NCBI RefSeq assembly: GCF_964355755.1
Contig: NC_092678.1
Coordinates: forward strand, 202,422-266,421
Source of the DNA: Antedon mediterranea
Taxonomy: Eukaryota > Animalia > Echinodermata
DNA length: 64,000 bases
Reading direction: 5' to 3'
Shown here: positions 60,830 to 64,000 of the stretch, piece after piece
Layout of the letters: the number at the start of each line of letters is the position of its first letter
How positions within the stretch are numbered: the first letter of the stretch is position 1
Made by a program: the position numbers and the translations under genes
The notes under the pieces: model-generated
The model's input: the letters and a program-made list of their open reading frames with translations, nothing else
What the model was told of the DNA's origin: nothing
Database searches by the model: none

Positions 60830-62862
60830 CTATAACATTGTCTCATCTGTAATTTCTGACCTTTGAAATTCAGGATTCTGAACATTAAGTTTCAAATATA
60901 TTGTGTCTTCAAGATTATGTTTTTTTAAATGTCTCTTTAACGTTATATTGTCTATAAACTGCAGTTCACAATATTGACATTTAAATGTTGTTTCTTCTTC
61001 ATGTACTCTCAAATGCAAAGAATAATCGCACTTTTTTGTGAACTTTTCTTCACAATATTCACATTCATACAATTCATTGCCCGCATGTTTAATTGAATGT
61101 CTTTTTAATGCACTAACGTGATAAAACTTTTTTTCGCAATGTTCACATTCAAACGGTTTTTCTTCTGAATGTGTAAGAACATGTCGATTTAAATGCCCAC
61201 GGTGGTTGAACTTCTTTCCGCACAGTTCACAATTGAACGGCAGTTCTCCAGTGTGTATTCTCATATGTTGTTTTAAACTGCTGCTATAGTTGAATTTTTT
61301 CTCGCAATGTAGGCATTCAAATGGATTATCACTCGAGTGTGTTTTGAGATGGTTTCTGTAGTTACCACTGTCAGAAAATTTCTTTCCACAATGTTCACAT
61401 TCGTAAGGAGTTTCTCCCGTGTGTATTCTAATGTGCGTTCTCAAATGTCCCCGATGGTTGAACCTTTTCCCGCACACCTCACATTTAAATTGCGTCTCCC
61501 CCGTGTGAATCCTCATGTGAGCTTTTAAGTTCCCACTATAATAGAAGATTTTCCCACATAGCTCACAGGGGTATGCTTTACCAATGTGCAATTTGACATG
61601 TTTTTCCATATTACTGCGGTCACTAAACATTTTTCCGCAATGTTCACAACTAAACGGTTTTTCTCCTGTATGTATTCTCAAATGCGTTTCTAAATGATTT
61701 TTCCGTATAAATTTTTTGCCACAATATTCACATTCAAATGGAGCCTTTCCCGTGTGTATCATCACATGTGATTTCAAAGAGCTATTCTGTGCAAAAGTCT
61801 TTCCACAATGTTCACATTCAAATGTGTTTATTCTCGGTTTTAGTTGATCATTAATGTCTTCAATGTGTGTCTTGATATGTATTTCAAAATCCTTTTTATT
61901 AGTAAACACTTTGCTACATTTCAAGCACTTCAATTCCTTCTCTACTCTGTTTATTCCAAAATCTTGATGCAACATGTTTCCACCATCTTGTTTCGATAAT
62001 TCATGTTCGTGTTTCTTCAAATGCTTTTTGAAATTACTACTATCATTAAATCGTTTACCACAAAACTCACAACCGTAAGGTTTCTCTCCCGTGTGTAGCC
62101 TCAAATGCACCGTTAAATGACCCCTTTGTTTAAACTTTTTGTCACAATATTCGCAATTAAACGGCTCCTCTCCCGTGTGAAGCATCACATGCGCTTTTAA
62201 ATTCCCTTTTTGATTAAACGTCTTGTAACAATATTTGCATGTAAATGGGCTTTCACCGGTATGTACCAGTAAATGTCTTTTTAATGCGCTACCGTCATGA
62301 AATAACTTGCTGCAATGTTCACATTCGAATATCTTATCTATTTCATGTTTAGCGATGTGAATGACCAATTCATCTTGACCGTCAAATGTACGTCCGCATT
62401 GTTCACATTGAACATCTTTAATGTTTGAATGTGCTTCTTCTAAATGTTTGTTAAGGTCGCTTAAATCAAACTTTTCTTTACAATGTTCACATTTAAATTT
62501 CTTAAGTATTTCTGAATCTTCATTTCTTCTTGCTTCAAACACGTTACTTTCGCTTCTTTCATCTTCAGTTGGTAAATAAACCCATTTGTCTTCATCTGTA
62601 TTTTCTTCTTCACAATACTCAACTGTAAATAAAAATAGTTTCAATTGCCTTATTATTTCATTTGGTAGCATTTATTCTAAATTTGAATGGTAAAACGTTA
62701 AAAAAAACTAAAAGATAAATGGAAAAGTAAAATATTCTCAATCGAAAACGCCAACATTAAAATTTATTAATAAAAATCACCTTTACCTATTTCAACCTTT
62801 ACATCAGAGATGACTTCTGAGTTGAATTCCATTGCCATTTTATTTTCATTTATATCTGCCAT
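60830..62862 (-). CDS. Poly-C2H2 zinc-finger protein, ~18 fingers, acidic N-terminus
   Basis: Exons 62787-62862 (MADINENKMAMEFNSEVISDVKVEI) and 60830-62622, joined by a phase-1 intron; HTGEKPY linkers. Confidence 0.92.
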
Positions 62863-63675
62863 TTTAGATCTTTCATTCACAATATCTGAAAAAAAATTAA
62901 GCACAAACTATTAATAATGTTTTAATACTGGTATTTTTAAATTTTTTGCTTTTTTAATATATTAGAATAAATTTATTTAATATAGGCATTCTAATTTATT
63001 TAATACATTTTGGAAAATAATGAAATCGGTCAAATGGACTTACAGCCAAACTGTTCAGGGTCGAATCGACTTGGTTAGAATTAAAACCTTAAAAAACACC
63101 GATCTTCAAACGTCTATTGCACCAAAAGTATTGTACCTAGCCTCTAGCCTATCATGTTGTCAAGCCATCAAACCCCCACAAACCATAACATGCCTAAATT
63201 CAGTTTACTTTATAATTAAGACATAAAATCACATATCTGATAGTAGTTGATATTTCTTTATTATTACCGAATATAGCATATAATCAGAGAGAAATTAAAA
63301 TTATTGAATTTAGGCTTAGGCCTACCTCATCTCCCCCCGCCGCCGTGAGCAGCTCAAAATATCTCGTCGTCGAAGGAAAAAGCTTTCTCGTTACGCATCA
63401 TTGATTTCCTGCATATGGCACAACAAAGGAGCAAAAATACACAGTCCAATAACACGAAACATTGGCAAAAATAAAAAGCAATACAATTATGTATACATCT
63501 TCATTTAATGTTAATGCAAACATATATAAATAAACAGAGAGATTAATAATCAACCTTTGAAATCTGCTAATATCATTTATTCTCCTTTTTATCATTACTA
63601 TTTTACGGACAGCTAAGCCTAAGTACAATGTTGATATCTATAATATTCATCAAGTTTAGTAATGCATTCAAAAAG

Positions 63676-64000
63676 TTAAATTTTTTTATTAATTTCTTCA
63701 TGTGTTTTTAATAAATGTCGCTTTAAATGACCATTATGACTAAACATTTTACCACAATGTTCACATTCATGTACTGTTTCGCCTGATGCGTGTATTTTCA
63801 TATGACGTTGATAAGTACTATTATAGCTAAACTTTTTTCCGCAATGTTCACATTCAAATGGTTGATCTTCTAAATGGTTTTTCATGTGATTTCGATAATT
63901 ACCACAGCCGGCAAATTTCTTTCCACAATGTTCACATTCATACGGAGTTTCTCCGCTGTGAATTCTCGCATGGATTCGCAAGTGCCCACGGTGATTAAAT
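63676..64000 (-). CDS. Poly-C2H2 zinc-finger protein, 3' end only (truncated by the window edge)
   Basis: [28 protein letters not shown]... ending at a stop at 63676; similar to fingers 12-14 of the adjacent gene. Confidence 0.88.
   Translation of the reverse strand, partial: FNHRGHLRIHARIHSGETPYECEHCGKKFAGCGNYRNHMKNHLEDQPFECEHCGKKFSYNSTYQRHMKIHASGETVHECEHCGKMFSHNGHLKRHLLKTHEEINKKI

Overview
AT-rich animal (most likely invertebrate bilaterian) nuclear DNA with GT-AG spliceosomal introns; not prokaryotic, no CRISPR. I assembled exon chains by hand with reading-frame and phase checks. Genes found: (1) the 5' ~840 codons of a DOCK3/DOCK4-type (DOCK-B) Rac GEF on the minus strand, running off the left edge; (2) a divergent LRRC74-like LRR/EF-hand-like gene; (3) a complete DNM1L/Drp1 gene (minus); (4) a divergent NWD1/NWD2-like DUF4062-NACHT-WD40 gene ending in a polybasic CCVL prenylation motif; (5) a tandem cluster of three poly-C2H2 zinc-finger genes (minus, third one partial). 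Introns carry a truncated CR1/L2-type LINE, tRNA-derived SINEs, several MITE families and many locally derived minisatellites, which explain most long ORFs in the track. Best findings: a duplicated, frame-incompatible (mutually exclusive) exon pair that rewrites the phosphoinositide-binding loop of the DOCK DHR-1 domain, plus two candidate in-frame microexons; a recurrent pattern of tandem duplications anchored on splice donors; a 4x PxIxIT-like repeat in the LRRC74-like protein; and two transposons with exact TSDs nested in one minisatellite.
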